DNA of 33,540 nucleotides from Patescibacteria group bacterium UBA6102 (GTDB lineage Bacteria; Patescibacteriota; Minisyncoccia; Minisyncoccales; UBA5738): NCBI GenBank assembly GCA_002423555.1, contig DIWQ01000004.1, positions 1 to 33,540 of the forward strand, read 5' to 3'. Shown piece by piece: positions 33,479 to 33,540 of this stretch (position 1 is its first letter; each line of letters starts with the position of its first letter). The notes under the pieces were generated by a model. It saw only the letters and a program-made list of their open reading frames with translations, ran no database searches and was not told where the DNA came from. The position numbers and the translations under genes were made by a program.

Positions 33479-33540
33479 ATGCCGGTAGTTCCGAAACAGA
33501 AGAAATCGCGCCCGTCAAAAGAAAACAAGATCAAGGCGCG
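33479..33540 (+). CDS. 5' end of a basic protein running off the window; possibly a small ribosomal protein (L32-like VPK.K.S N-terminus)
   Basis: ATG 33479, MPVVPKQKKSRPSKENKIKAR..., open to the window edge. Only about 20 codons are visible, so the identity is a guess. Confidence 0.3.
   Translation, partial: MPVVPKQKKSRPSKENKIKA

Noticed and set aside
1-33540. Alternative genetic code (UGA recoded, as in some candidate phyla)
   Set aside because: TGA terminates well-supported genes exactly where the next gene begins (3026-3028, 18851-18853, 24066-24068, 28701-28703, 32161-32163). Family-length proteins are obtained with the standard bacterial code.

Overview
This 33.5-kb window codes entirely on the + strand: about 30 CDS, with no rRNA, tRNA, CRISPR array, integrase or transposase seen. 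Calls rest on motifs I recognise by eye in the supplied translations; no database search was possible. (i) 1-5319 is an accessory-looking block. It holds two signal-peptide hydrolases (an LCAT-like phospholipase and a gluzincin peptidase with a C-terminal peptidoglycan-binding domain) interleaved with two small 3-TM proteins that share a near-identical 90-bp 5' module. (ii) 5334-30685 is a ~25-kb surface-glycan locus. It starts with a WbpA/B/D/E-like 2,3-diacetamido-uronic-acid module. An AT-richer central block (8.8-24 kb) follows, encoding a sialic-acid-synthase::KdsC-type phosphatase fusion, SDR, aldehyde dehydrogenase, fused transketolase, Wzx flippase, cytidylyltransferase, an HP-motif GT-B-like protein, a Wzy-like polymerase, an epimerase, GT4, GT2 and two methyltransferases. 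It ends with a PglE/PglC/PglF-like module, Wzz and a WaaL/PglL-like ligase with a TPR tail. (iii) 30765-32163 is an AT-rich AbiEi/AbiEii type IV toxin-antitoxin pair with a near-consensus promoter and an operator-like inverted repeat; the toxin stop overlaps the murB start. (iv) After murB comes a ~310-bp repeat-rich intergenic region (TCGAAWW heptads in inverted arrangement, a perfect 13-bp AT hairpin, one perfect DnaA box), an untracked 26-codon Lys/Ala-rich ORF, and the 5' end of another basic protein. No Shine-Dalgarno motif precedes the starts I checked, and TGA is used as a stop. The most novel-looking candidates are the small-TM/secreted-hydrolase cassette array and the SDR-ALDH-transketolase branch wired into a 9-phosphate-type ulosonic acid pathway. 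Lineage cannot be determined here; compact co-directional genes, SD-less starts and host-attack-type exoenzymes would fit an uncultivated small-genome bacterium (e.g. CPR/Patescibacteria-like), but that is inference only.
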